From Lingula anatina (Eukaryota; Animalia; Brachiopoda): a stretch of DNA of 64,000 bases. The stretch spans positions 12,748,651 through 12,812,650 of the forward strand of contig CM120647.1 of assembly GCA_051362555.1 (NCBI GenBank), written 5' to 3'. The position numbers were made by a program, and so were the translations under genes. Positions 1 to 11,560 of this stretch are shown here, piece by piece. The stretch's first letter is position 1. Every line of letters starts with the position of its first letter. The notes beneath the pieces were generated by a model that made no database searches, was not told where the DNA came from, and saw only the letters and a program-made list of their open reading frames with translations.

Positions 1-443
1 TCCACAATGACTGACACATCATGCTGGCTGTGCTAAAAATGATAAAATCTACAATTATAAAGAAAATGAAATTGCTAAAAAATAAGCATAATAAATATTG
101 CCACATTGCAAAGGGTCAAAACTTGCAGATTTAGTGTTCCCTCTAAACACCAAACAACACCATACATTACTTAAATGCTCAGAATCCATTGGCAAAAGTT
201 AATGATGATGTGGAAGTGGTCATGTAACCATGGAAACAAACAAAGTCCAAGATGGCCACTGTGATGTCCACTCTTCTTCTAAATATCCAAATAAATGATA
301 AAAATATATCAACAATTGAGTATGATATGTATTTCTGTTTTTATTGGGATTAAAAGCACTTGATGGTAAAACATTTATGTAGATTCATTTATCTAAAATA
401 ATAGCAAATGCAGTGTATGATGTGGGATGAGCTCATGTAATAC

Positions 444-591
444 CTTTATCATTCTTAGTATTGGGCACCGTAACCTTCAGAGAGGAAGACGAGGCACTCT
501 TGGCAGCAGGGACACTGGATGCCATATTGGAAGATGTCTTCTGGAATCTTGGTGGTACCTCAAATGAAGAGGAGTTTCTTGCTGGTGCCAT
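444..591 (-). CDS. TDRD7: TDRD7-like coding exon 4 (linker); gene continues beyond window start
   Basis: Acceptor ttatttcag, phase 0, open frame MAPARNSSSFEVPPRFQKTSSNMASSVPAAKSASSSSLKVTVPNTKNDK; donor AAG|GTATTA, phase 1. Confidence 0.75.
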
Positions 592-918
592 CTGAAATAA
601 TGAAATATATCTAGTTTGTTAATTGCAATTTAACAACTAAGAATGAGAGACTTCTCCCTTTCTGTCCTGGTGTAATAAATCGAGTAATAAAAATCTAATC
701 ATACAAGACAGATAAATAACTATAAGTAAATAACATCTCCATTACCATTACTTTTCACTATTATTTCACTATTATATATATTAATAATACCACAAAGTAA
801 TCTTCACAAGAGTTGATGACATAAACAGCGCTATGCATGCATTGTCTCAGGACAGACAAAAAAAAAAAAAAAACATAGTCCAACAGCATTCCAGATCCAA
901 CTTTGAATTTCTGGGAAA

Positions 919-974
<56 letters not shown>

Positions 975-1008
975 CTGCACATGATGCTATGAGACAGTTG
1001 AACTCCAC

Positions 1009-1143
1009 CTGCTTTGTGTGGTGTGGAATCATGGAAGTTCTGGACAGGGTCATTTTGGGGGGAGAGTATCGCTGGATTTTCGGCCCAAACCTTCCTCCTC
1101 CTGTCTTCCTGTAGGGACTTGGCACTGGCCGTCTTGACTGAAC
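1009..1143 (-). CDS. TDRD7: TDRD7-like coding exon 3 (basic low-complexity linker)
   Basis: Acceptor ...ggctccag; 135 nt, phase 0/0, open frame VQSRRPVPSPYRKTGGGRFGPKIQRYSPPK...HHTKQ. Donor CAG|GTGGAG is weak. GC-rich island in AT-rich intron. Confidence 0.75.
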
Positions 1144-1296
1144 CTGGAGCCATAAATAAATAAATAAATAAATGGAAATATACAGAATTAAATGACCAAA
1201 AAAATAATAAAAAAACAAATGACCAAGAAAATTAATAAACAATCATTGTCATATTTACCAACACTACCACCTAAATTTTTCTTTAAGTGCTTGACT

Positions 1297-1653
1297 CAAA
1301 CATGCTGAAAACTTTTCACAGTGGCCGGACATTTGAACTGGCAGTAATGAAAAATTTGCCGAACTGAATGGATTTTTGTCTGCCCGAAAAATACCCTATT
1401 AGTTTGAGACAGATAGTACTGATTAGGTAGCTTACTTTGTTTGTGAATGTGATAGGTTTAAAATGGAAGGGAAAAAACGCTTTGGGTTTTATATAATTCT
1501 ATTAGGGGAGTGTGTCAAATGATGACTCTAAATTCAAAAGTGTGGCTCTTAAAACACTTGTCAGTCCTTTAGACCGATCACTAACAGTTTTTTACCGGTC
1601 CAGACAAATTTTCCCAGTCATGACCGATCGGACCGACAGTTTCAGCACGTCTG
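1297..1653. mobile_element. Non-autonomous DNA transposon (MITE), 6-bp TSD, possibly hAT6-like
   Basis: Imperfect TIRs CAAACATGCTGAAAAC / GTTTCAGCACGTCTG, with TTGACT on both sides (1291-1296, 1654-1659). Confidence 0.6.
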
Positions 1654-1739
1654 TTGACTGAAATCCTCTACAAAGTCTTCCCTGCATCAGTAGCTGGCAC
1701 AATAACACATCAGACTAATAGGAAGGTATAGTTCCTTAC

Positions 1740-1878
1740 ATTGACCTTAAGGTGTTTCCCTCTATAACCTTTGCCCTTCTTCTTGGACTTGTTGGACCTC
1801 TGAGCGCTGACCATGCGCTGAATGTGCGCTGTGGAGTCGTCAGCGACGGCGAAATAAGTCAGCTCACCATCTCGGTTA
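1740..1878 (-). CDS. TDRD7: TDRD7-like coding exon 2 (end of LOTUS, extended C-terminal helix)
   Basis: Acceptor ttattctag; CA|T=His joins in frame. NRDGELTYFAVADDSTAHIQRMVSAQRSNKSKKK parallels TDRD7 SGEITCYAMACTETARIAQLVARQRSSKRK. Donor GTAAGG, phase 0. Confidence 0.9.
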
Positions 1879-2263
1879 CTAGAATAAATAAGATTGTTTT
1901 TTTTAATCACAACTTATGCTCTGAATACAATATGGTGCAAAACTTATTTCTTTGCTTCATTTTCTGCATGTCTTTCAATAGGTGACTAATCTGATCTTTT
2001 GTCCACTATAAATTTATTTTCTGTTTTAATCTAAAAATTATATCTTAAATTTTTAACTTATTTTTGGCTAAACTTAAATTGACTCGTTTGAATCTTTTAA
2101 GATGCATCAACATTTTGTTTTATAATTTTAATGAAATCCTGACCTCTCTAATCTTTTCTTATTCTGTCTCACCTTTCTTTCTTTTTCCATCCCTCCCTTC
2201 ATTATCGATTTCACTTTCCCATTTTCCACCCTCCTCAATTTCATCCCTCACCTTTCTTTTCCT

Positions 2264-2435
2264 ATCACATTCACAACAGCAGACTAACTAGTCCTTGGAT
2301 CAAATATGGCCGACCCTCTTGAATGCATCAGGAAAAAACATATTCAGCATTTATTAGGGGATTGGACGACAAGCTTTTATGAGGGTTGCCATATTAAATC
2401 TGCAGACGAGTTAGTCTGCTGTTGTGAATGAGGCC
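2264..2435. mobile_element. PIF/Harbinger-like hairpin MITE, family A
   Basis: Long TIRs cattcacaacagcagactaact...agttagtctgctgttgtgaatg with the family-A core gatcaaatatggccgaccc; right flank TTA. Confidence 0.75.
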
Positions 2436-2443
2436 TTACTTAC

Positions 2444-2652
2444 TGTCGAGCACTAACAACATCAGGCAATGTTCTCAGGAACTCCTCGGCAGTACAATAT
2501 CCAAGCTTCTTGAAGGGAAGGGGGTCCCCTGTGATGCCGCGATATTCCCCAGGGAGTCTGGCAGCGACCACACCCTCTTTACTGCTCTGAAGAACTGCCC
2601 TCAGCATGGACTTGACACCATTCAGAATTTTTGCTTTCTCCTCTGGGTCCAT
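2444..2652 (-). CDS. TDRD7: TDRD7-like protein, first coding exon (N-terminal LOTUS/OST-HTH domain)
   Basis: [66 protein letters not shown] closely matches the recalled vertebrate TDRD7 LOTUS-1 ([36 protein letters not shown]), better than TDRD5. ATG at 2652; donor GTAAGT after 2444 (phase 2). Confidence 0.9.
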
Positions 2653-3079
2653 TTTGAATATGGACTAGTGTAACTTTTAAGGATGTATATAGATCTTTAG
2701 AACACACCCTGTTGTTGACTTTTATAATTTTAGTGTAAAATGTATTGTAAATCTATACTGGTTGCTTAACTCAATTGCAAATTACTGTGAATATAATTAA
2801 GACTGCACTACATGCATGGAAATTTTCAATGTTTGTGGGAAGATATAAACTTTGTGTATTGCAGCAAAGCAAAGTACACATACATGCATTTGTCTCAATT
2901 AACAGTCCTACTGCAGCTGCATGGGCAGTGAATCTGGAAGTTTGGAGAGATCAGGCAAATTCTGCGCTTCTAATATGCACCCTCTGTGAGAAAATAACAC
3001 GGGAATGCATCATACCTTAAGACATTCGGATTTACCTGTAAACAACTTCAACTTTAAGTGGACACATAAGAGTGACAGC

Positions 3080-3420
3080 CAGTGACCAAGCACTCTGCGC
3101 ACGTGAAATAAAATCAGGTCAAACTAGCGAAAAAGGGTCTAAAATAGTATGTAGGCCAAGTCTGCAAAAAGTTTATTTGTGAATGGATAGGCTATACGCT
3201 TAATTATACAATACAAGTGCGTATTTATGCATTTGGTAGTTTATTTTTCTCGACACGTATTTTTATTTAACCTACATAGTAAAAAAATTAATCCAAAAAG
3301 AACGCCTTTTGAACCCAGCATGCATTTCGATGCGGAGGCTTCCGGTCAAGACGACTTACAGCTTTCACCTGGTATTTTTTATCGATTGATAGCTAAAATA
3401 TAGTAAGGTAAAGTGTATTT
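3080..3420 (-). promoter_or_regulatory. Putative TDRD7 promoter / non-coding first exon
   Basis: Local CpG enrichment, ETS-like CTTCCGG near 3340, minus-strand donor GTAAGT at 3359-3354, and a candidate acceptor ttttctcacag at 2984 upstream of the ATG. Confidence 0.35.
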
Positions 3421-3456
3421 ACATGAATTTATAAGGTTATTTCACAATTATAATGA

Positions 3457-3460
<4 letters not shown>

Positions 3461-3544
<84 letters not shown>
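3461..3544. repeat. (CT)~42 microsatellite
   Basis: Pure TC dinucleotide run. Confidence 0.98.
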
Positions 3545-3546
<2 letters not shown>

Positions 3547-4170
3547 GGCAATATTCGACGTTCAAAATGCATGTTGCGAATTGGAATGTAAAATTATATG
3601 TGCAGAGTCAGACTCAAGGGAAGAAACGATATAATATCTCTTATCTGACCCCATAAGATAGTTATTTGGTACATTATTTATGGTTTTTAGATTACATAGT
3701 ACATTCAAAACTTATCACCATTTAGTAATACAATTTCCACTCAGTGACCTCAACTTAGCAGGTTGTATTGATAATATATAACTTATAACAGTGAGGTAAC
3801 ATGAAATAAGTAGTGAGTCAGTCTATACCTACTGAGAAGAACCATACAGTATCAGATGTAAAATCAGGACTACAGTATATGGTAAAATGAATCATGGCAG
3901 TGTTAGATATGTTCTTCAAAATAACCAAAGTAAGTAGCTGGAGTCCGGAGGCATTGACATTCTTTTTTAGGACGATTATATTTCAGGTGCCATAGAAAGA
4001 CAAATAATGCAGGGACAGGGGCGTCTCGATAGTCTGAGGCTTCATTGGTCTGAAAAATGGTGACATTTTTATCGGTTTTTATGTACAGACACAGATGTGT
4101 CTGTACATATAGCCATCATCTGCGTCTGTCGTCGCCGTCGTCGCCGTCGTTGCCGTCGCCGTGCACTTTT

Positions 4171-4960
4171 ACCGATAACACGATAAGTGGAAAACCATTT
4201 TACCTTTTGACTTGAAACTTGCAGAACTGATGAATATTCATAATACGCAGGTCAAGTTCTAAAATCAGCATGATCGGGTCACTTTTAGGGAATTTATGCA
4301 GTTTTTTCACTTTTTTCAGCATATATGCAGCACCGATAACACGATAAGTGGAAAACCATTTTATATTTTGACTTGAAACTTACAGAACTGATGAATATGC
4401 ATAATACGCAGGGCAAGTTCGAAAATCAGCATGATCGGGTCACTTTTAGGTAATTTATGCTGTTTTTTCACTTTTTTCAGCATATATGCAGCACCGATAA
4501 CACGATAAGTGGAAAACCATTTTACCTTTTGACTTGAAACTTACAGAACTGATGAATATTCATAATACGCAGGTCAAGTTCGAAAATCAGCATGATCGGG
4601 TCACTTTTAGGTAATTTATGCTGTTTTTTCACTTTTTTCAGCATATATGCAGCACCGATAACACGATAAGTGGAAAACCATTTTACCTTTTGACTTGAAA
4701 CTTACAGAACTGATGAATATTCATAATACGCAGGTCAAGTTCGAAAATCAGCATGATTGGGCTATTTTGAGGGAATTTATGCTGTTTTTTCACTATTTTC
4801 AATATAAATGCAACACTGATAACACAATATAAGAAAAACGGATTGGCCAATTGTAATTATACTGACAGGAGTGGTCAATCTTACTAAAACGCAGGTTGAG
4901 TTCGAAAATCAGCATAATCGGGCCATTATTTTAGAAGTTATACTGTTTTTTTCACATTTC
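4171..4960 (+). repeat. 161-bp tandem repeat, ~5 copies (inside the HINE)
   Basis: Units start ACCGATAACACGATAAGTGG at 4171, 4332, 4493 and 4654, with a diverged unit at 4815; exact 161-bp period. Confidence 0.95.
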
Positions 4961-5353
4961 CTCAGATTCAAGTCTTAAGCATGTTAACAGTCTCATTATT
5001 TAACTAATTAGATGCCTAAAAGTGTTTGTTTGATATTTCCTGCATCTTTACAACATTGTTAGTTGATTATGTAAAAAACATGGTAAACTTGTTATCATGT
5101 ATTGTGTAATAAAGTGTCAAAAATGGAAATAAACTCATATCATTGCAGTTTGTCAGATTCAATCATCCACTATGTTCAGAATCTCAGAATGGAGGAAATT
5201 GGACATTTAACACTGTTCTATTGATACTTTTCCCATCTCATCAATTTTTTTAGTTGGTTATATAAAAATGGCAGTAAAATGTTTGTTTTGTTTTATGTTA
5301 AAAAAGTGTTAAAAATGGAAATAAACCCATTTCAGAACAGTGCTGTCTTGTTT

Positions 5354-5640
5354 ACATTTTGGCATTTTCAATATGTGACTTTGAAGTTCCATGGGCCTGA
5401 AGACCTTTGCTAGTCACATTTTCTGAATATCTGTGATACAAATATTTTATAATAAAAAATTGATGGTCATTAAGCTGTTAAACATTATGTAATATTGCAT
5501 CAAAATTTGAAGAAACCCCTATTTTGGGCACTGCTTCCATGATGACCATTTAAGGAAAATCATGTCACTTACTGTTCTCAAACTTACAGGAAAGAAACAT
5601 GGGACTAAAATACAGCTTCAGTAGGCAATGCAGTCTGTTT

Positions 5641-5689
<49 letters not shown>

Positions 5690-6062
5690 AGTTAAACAGT
5701 TTTTTGTGAAAATTTAATTTTTCACATATTGGCATTTTCAAGGTGTGACTTTAAAGTTCCATGATCTTGAAGACTTTTGCTTGTCACATTTTCTGAATGT
5801 CCATGTTACTAATATTTTATTAATAACATTTGATTGTCATTATGCTGTTAAACATTATTTAATGTTGTATCAAAATTTGAAGAAACCCCTATTTTGGGCA
5901 CTGCTCCTATGATGACCATTTAAGGGAAATCATGTCACTTACTGTTCTCAAACTTATAGGAAAGAAACATGGGACTAAAATACAGCTTCAATAGGCAACG
6001 CAGTCTGTTTGGTAAATTTTTCTGGCAATTTAACAGTTTTTTGTGAAAATTTAATTTTTCAC
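5354..6062 (+). repeat. ~340-bp direct duplication, 2 copies (inside the HINE); first copy has a poly-T expansion
   Basis: acatt(t/a)ttggcattttcaa...aatttaatttttcac repeated from 5354 and 5724; the T-run at 5643-5687 replaces taaatttttctg of copy 2. Confidence 0.9.
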
Positions 6063-7661
6063 TTGTTTGCATCTTTATTTTCTGTTCTTTGTCTGTACAT
6101 TTGACAGCTTTGCTGCCTTGTTTAATCAAGGGATCATTGGTCTGAGGGTTCTATGGTGAACATTTGGACCAAAGAACTTTTGGATAAGATACGAGTCCAG
6201 CTCTGGAGGGACATAGAACTAGAATTGAGACGTGACACTGCTTGTCTTGTATACGCCCATTTTTCAAACAGTATTAAACTGCTACTTTATCTTTTCCAGT
6301 TCATTTGTTTAATCTCTGCTTAGATTGTGTGTGTATTTTATCAATGTGCTCTGTATTGACAAGTGGAAGCTTGTGTAATGAAGTAACCAAGATATTTGAT
6401 ACAAACCAAAACCCACAAAACGGTATATATATATATATCTACTGTAAATGTCATTAAATGTGTTCAACTTTCACTGTGGCTTTGCACTGTAAATGCTGGT
6501 TTGCATGAATTTCTAGGTCTTTGAAGATGCATTGTAAAAGTCTAGTTCTCACATACTCCCCTTTATTACTCTTCTGTGTGGTTTACGATTAATTTAGAAG
6601 AATGTGCCTAGCTTGTTTTTGGCTTCTACTAAGATCGACTGTAGATGTTCTCACCTTTCTGGGAAATGGCTAATTGTGGGGACCTTAATTACTGGATATT
6701 CAAGGTCTCATGCTTGGGTTAATGAAAAAAAATATTAAAAAGAATAAAAAAAGTAAAAGATAAACCCATAATAAGATAAGTATTATTCAAGTAAACAAAG
6801 ACTGCTGATGAAGGCTGTGTGTACTTTTTCAAAGTGTAAATGTTCATGAGACACTCCAAGCCCATGCTGGACAGAAAGGATTTTTTTTTAGTTCAAGTAC
6901 ATGCTTAAGTAGTGAAAATGGTATAGTAAATGAAAAACAGCTTAAAATTGAAGAGTTTGCTCCTGGGGTGCTGTGATGAAAACAATTTTCCCTTCAAGCT
7001 AGTACTTGCACTATGGCATTTCCACCTGGGCCCCACTATGTACAGATCATGTCTGAAGTCTAAGATTGGTTACAGAAAAGACTGCTGTGAACTGAATCAC
7101 TAGTAAGTCAACTAAGTGGCATTTTACAAAGAATGTAAAAAGCTATTTACCTCTTGTCTTTTAACTCACTTCCTACAGCAAACTTTGATGGTCTTGACAA
7201 TGATTTTTCCCTCAGAGGAGTGAGTAACCCATTTAGATATGTCAACTACATTTATTGTAGGCCATTGGTTTATATAGTGCTATAAGATCAATATTGTCTA
7301 GTTGACTTTACGTAATTATCTATTTGATTTTTTGCAGTCTCAGCTTGGTTAGGTTAAAAACTTAAAAACACTTTTTAAGATGGAGGACCTTGTGTCAGAA
7401 GCTGAAATGTTAACCAAAGGCCTGTTTGATGAATAGGTTACACCTAAATGGTTGTTGTTGGAAACTGAACTAAAATGCACAAGTTTATATTCCAACACAG
7501 TGTCAGCACTTACACTTTGAATTTGGTCCATGGGTATCAAAAAGGCTCTTTGAATTTTTTGACTTGGAACTTTTTGTCTTAAAAACAGATTTAGCAATAT
7601 TGAATTCTGTGAGAGCATTCACAACATATTTCATCTGCAGACTACTAGTACTAGTAGCAGG

Positions 7662-7752
7662 TCCCCAGATCTAACCCACTTAAAAGCTTGCCACATAATC
7701 CCTTAATAAATGCTGAAAAGATTCCCTGTGAGGATTACCAGGTAAGCTTTTT
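7662..7752. mobile_element. Internal fragment of family A MITE
   Basis: acccacttaaaagcttgccacataatcccttaataaatgctgaa...gattaccaggtaagctttt aligns by eye to the core of the copies at 22086, 27868 and 35103. Confidence 0.55.
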
Positions 7753-8162
7753 AGTAAATAGCATACAAGACTACTGTAGGTATGTGAAGTGACCTTTGTT
7801 ATCTATGATACATCTATCCTAACAATGACATCTGATTAAAAAAAAATGGTCATAATTTGCTGAATTAAATTTTAGTTTTAAAAAGCACTTGTCTAAAATT
7901 CACTGTGAATGCAGAGAGCTCAATGTTTAGATTTGTGCTACTTTGTGTTAAATGCCCTATGTTATAGAATTGTGCTACTGAGTCAGAGTTTGATGCTATG
8001 TAGTTATATGAATCCAAAATACTGATATTTGATACAGCTCAGGGACTGTTCTAGTTGCTGTAAATAGTGAGATAGCATTACAAAGCCATCATTATTCAAC
8101 AAAAGAGATTTACCGACTACACATTGTGATGGATAAGGTGGGATCAGGCAATGATATGACTA

Positions 8163-8415
8163 TGGTAACAGCTCAGTCATTTCAACGGGGAAAATTGTGA
8201 ATTTTACAGATACTGTATTTTTTTTAATAATAAATTCTTAAAATTAGAACATTCCAATGAGTGATAGCAAAACAGTTGTAGAGCATACTACCTAGTTCTA
8301 TTCTATACAACAGAATCACCAAAATGCTTCATAGCAATGTATTTTTAATGATTCCAAAATTACGTACCTAAAAAGTTGATAATTTTACCCAGTCGAAATG
8401 ATCAAGCCATTACCG
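8163..8415. mobile_element. Old Tc1/mariner-like MITE (TA flanks)
   Basis: Imperfect ~35-bp TIRs tggtaacagctcagtcatttcaacggggaaaatt / aattttacccagtcgaaatgatcaagccattaccg, with TA on both sides. Confidence 0.5.
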
Positions 8416-8651
8416 TATGAATAATAATTGACAAAAGTCATGGAATTGAAGTCAACAGGGTGCAGTCAATTGGAATTTTTTTCTCTCACCAAGTTTGACC
8501 AGGGAAACTACTGCACCTTAATAAATGCTGAAAGTTATAGAATGTATTTGGTAAAGGGCACTATCAAAGCACTTTGCAAGCTCATGATATATAAAGTAGA
8601 TGTGTGCAGTGTTGAAGTACATTATTTTAAGTATAAATTCTTAAAATTAGA

Positions 8652-8867
8652 ACATTTTCTGTACCAATGCAGATACTATTATGTATGCACTGTCTAAGTA
8701 CATTTTCTTTACTACTCAAACAGATGTGTATGCACTGTCAAAGTTCATTTTCTGTATCAACTGAAGCAATTGTATTATATATGTATGCTCTGTCAGAGTG
8801 CATTTTCTTTACTACCAAAGCAGATGTGTATACACTGTCAAAGTACAATTTCTCTACCAAAGCAGAT
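8652..8867 (+). repeat. Degenerate ~45-55-bp tandem repeat with alternating unit types (~100-bp higher-order period)
   Basis: Recurrent cattttct..tac...cagat..gtatgcactgtc.aagt, about 4.5 units. Confidence 0.7.
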
Positions 8868-9243
8868 AGTAACACAGATAGCAATGGCTACAGTAGTTGG
8901 TAAACATGTACAATATCTGCCTGGGTTTAATTGATATGATCCAGGGATGCTATGATGTGCATTTAATGGGGTAGGTGATATATGATTATGTACTAGTATC
9001 TGTCTCTGTACACATATTATGTGTGTGTCGGGGGGGGGGGGGGGGGGGGGGGGAGAGAGAAAGAGAGTTGCTTTGAAATAGCAGATGAGTCACTAAATGT
9101 GCACAGCAAGAAAGAAAAAAAAATACAATTTCTCTTTACTTTTTATACTATTAATTCTCAATTTTAGATAATTCTTTTAACTTTGTATTTTAAGTATTTG
9201 GATTTAAGAATCTAAATAAATAATAATAAGAATAGTAATAACA

Positions 9244-9313
<70 letters not shown>

Positions 9314-9845
9314 TATATGGATGCTCATTAAAATAGTATACAATTTTTGGGACCAAAGCTCACAGTGCATTATATACATTATACCAGACAAATAATTCTT
9401 TTAGTCTTGTTGTTGGATTTTATGTGAAACAAAGTGTGTTTGTTGAGTTTGGGATGTGATGATTTTAGTTTCAAAGTCCATTGATGACTTTGCTTTGAGT
9501 TTGAAGAAAAAAAAAAGAAGAAAAGTTTCTATTTTCTTCTATTACATATTTCATGGTTAATACAGCACAGAACAGCTTAATTCGAAAGACTTAAGAAATC
9601 TGCATTTTATGTAGGCAACTTGCTTTTTGTAAAAAAAAAAAAGGATTTTATTAATTAGTAAAAATCCTGTACAGTCTCAGAGAATTCTGGAAGATGTTAA
9701 GGCATACTGATAATACAGGTCCTAGGAAGTTTATAGTAAACCTCGTAAACTTGGACTACACTTATGATGAACCAGACTAGATTAGGATCGAGATCAGTAA
9801 TTCAGGAAATCCCAGAGATGTGCCCCTTATATCTAGTAGTACTCT

Positions 9846-9912
9846 ATGAAACACAGGGTGATGGGACCACAAGGAGATAAAGATACCCAGTATCATTGTA
9901 ATGAATTGAATG
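9846..9912 (+). CDS. Candidate alternative first coding exon of TMCC gene (phase 1)
   Basis: ATG after an in-frame stop, MKHRVMGPQGDKDTQYHCNELN; donor ATG|GTAAGC; phase matches the acceptor at 21655. No homology evidence. Confidence 0.3.
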
Positions 9913-11400
9913 GTAAGCTGAGAATATCTCCAGGGTGATTACGAAGACTGGTTCCCAGTTATCAGCGTAATTCAGGGTGATAGTGCAACAGTGTGATCAC
10001 ACATGAGCTTTTTTTGCGAAAATGCTGAATTGCGCATTTTTTTAATTCAAGTCTGATGGTTTCTGTTAGGTTAGGTGTTGGTTCCCATAATAAATGTTCA
10101 GAGTTTTTTTCCCCCTTTGTAAGCTAGGCTCATGTCATGTCTGGTGATCAACATGCCCATTGAATATCAATGGTGAGCAGAGACTGCCATTGTCCTCTAC
10201 TAGTAACTGAATAGAGCTTTCCAATCAATACAAAATATTTCAAGGAAGAGGCAACTCTGATTTGAGCACTGCCATTGATTTTCCACTCCTGTATCTCTAG
10301 GAATGTCCTGCATGGCTGTGTTTTCAATTTCTGTGAATTTCCTGGACTTGGAAAGTACTACCAGTGTAGCAGTTTTCAGTATATAGGTCATATTCTGATG
10401 TTCACCGCATTGATCCTGTGTACAGGAAGTAACTTTGATCCTAGGAACAGGTAAATACCAACATTTTTTTGTTGTCTCTAAAGGGGCATTTGAAGTATAT
10501 CTGTATTTTCATTTTTTTTTTTTAAATTTTTGAAACTTAAAAAATCCCAATTCTGTTGCAGCTCTCAAAAAATAGTTTAATGCTCACTGCATTCTTTAAT
10601 ACCCAGTATGCCAGCAGTGATTTTGTTGCTAGGAGCAGTTTCTTTTCTTCTCTAAGCAGATTTTTCTTCTCTAAAAAGGTGTTAGTATATTTAAAAGGGG
10701 TAGTTGTGACAGTTTTGGAATTGACTGTGATGACGTCGGTGGCAGTGGGCGGGACAACAGATCCTTTCCATGTAAAGATGATTACTGAGGATTTTATTTT
10801 TTTTCTTTTTAATTAGGCATGTTTTGGTTAAGAACTGTCTCCCAGTGTGAGGTAATAAGTAATGTGAAAGTCAGAGAACCATGTGAATTTCCAATAATGC
10901 GTCTCTGGCAAGTGTGAAGTTGTGGTGAATGGCTGGTATTTTTCCATAAATTGGTCTCATGTAATATGGTAACATACAGTTTCAGCATGCTAGACAAATT
11001 TCAAAGAAAACATCGCTGGCGTGTGTGAATTTGTAATTTTTGTACTGTAGGCTAATACTGATGTTATATTTCTTCATCCTTCTTATGATTGGTAACATTA
11101 GGAGAGTCAGGAAGAAGAAATACCATTAAAAATCTCAATATATCCTTCAGATAGACAAGAATTATATGACACAACCTAAACCAGTGGCAGTCCAAAAAAA
11201 TAAAATGTCATATCAATTTTATAACAAGAAAGAACTTTTCTGGAGTTTCAGATTACGAATTCATTTTGAAAAAACTTAAAGTGTTAAAATTTAGACCAGT
11301 TTGCAACCTGAAATTTTTTTTTATGAAGCCAATATTAGGTGTAGACTGCAACACTAAGTTACATTCAGTGAAGAAGTAGGCAGAGTAAGTGGGCAGTTAA

Positions 11401-11560
11401 TTTCCTCCAGTAAGGTTATGTTTTGCTAGCCACATTTGTTTGTGGGTTTGTTTGTCGGTGTGCAGCTTTACACAAACATAATGAACACTGATGAAATTTT
11501 CAGGATAGATCACAAATGGGACAAAGAAAAAAAAAAAGATTAATTTTTGGTGATGATTTA
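11401..11560 (+). mobile_element. Degenerate short HINE/DINE-like element remnant
   Basis: cctcc..aaggttatgtttt, (GTTT)n, gatgaaattttcagga, gattaattttggtgatgat are the motifs of the widespread short Helentron derivatives. Confidence 0.5.

Larger units (their letters stand above)
4076..6123 (+). mobile_element. Non-autonomous Helentron / DINE-1-like (HINE) element with internal tandem repeats
   Basis: 5' T-run, perfect hairpin ATGTACAGACACA-ga-TGTGTCTGTACAT (4081-4108), (GTC/GCC) microsatellite 4123-4162, internal satellites, 3' subterminal inverted copy TGTCTGTACAT (6090-6100), stem-loop GACAGC-ttt-GCTGCC (6103-6117), then TTGTTT. This is the canonical HINE layout. Confidence 0.85.

Noticed and set aside
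180-280. Possible further TDRD7 exon on the minus strand
   Set aside because: The phase-1 frame meets a stop within ~20 codons, the acceptor is weak and there is no good donor.
761-1153. Poly-Phe / poly-Lys ORFs
   Set aside because: Produced by the intronic A-run at 922-972. Only 1009-1143, in the frame of ORF 847..1242, is exonic.
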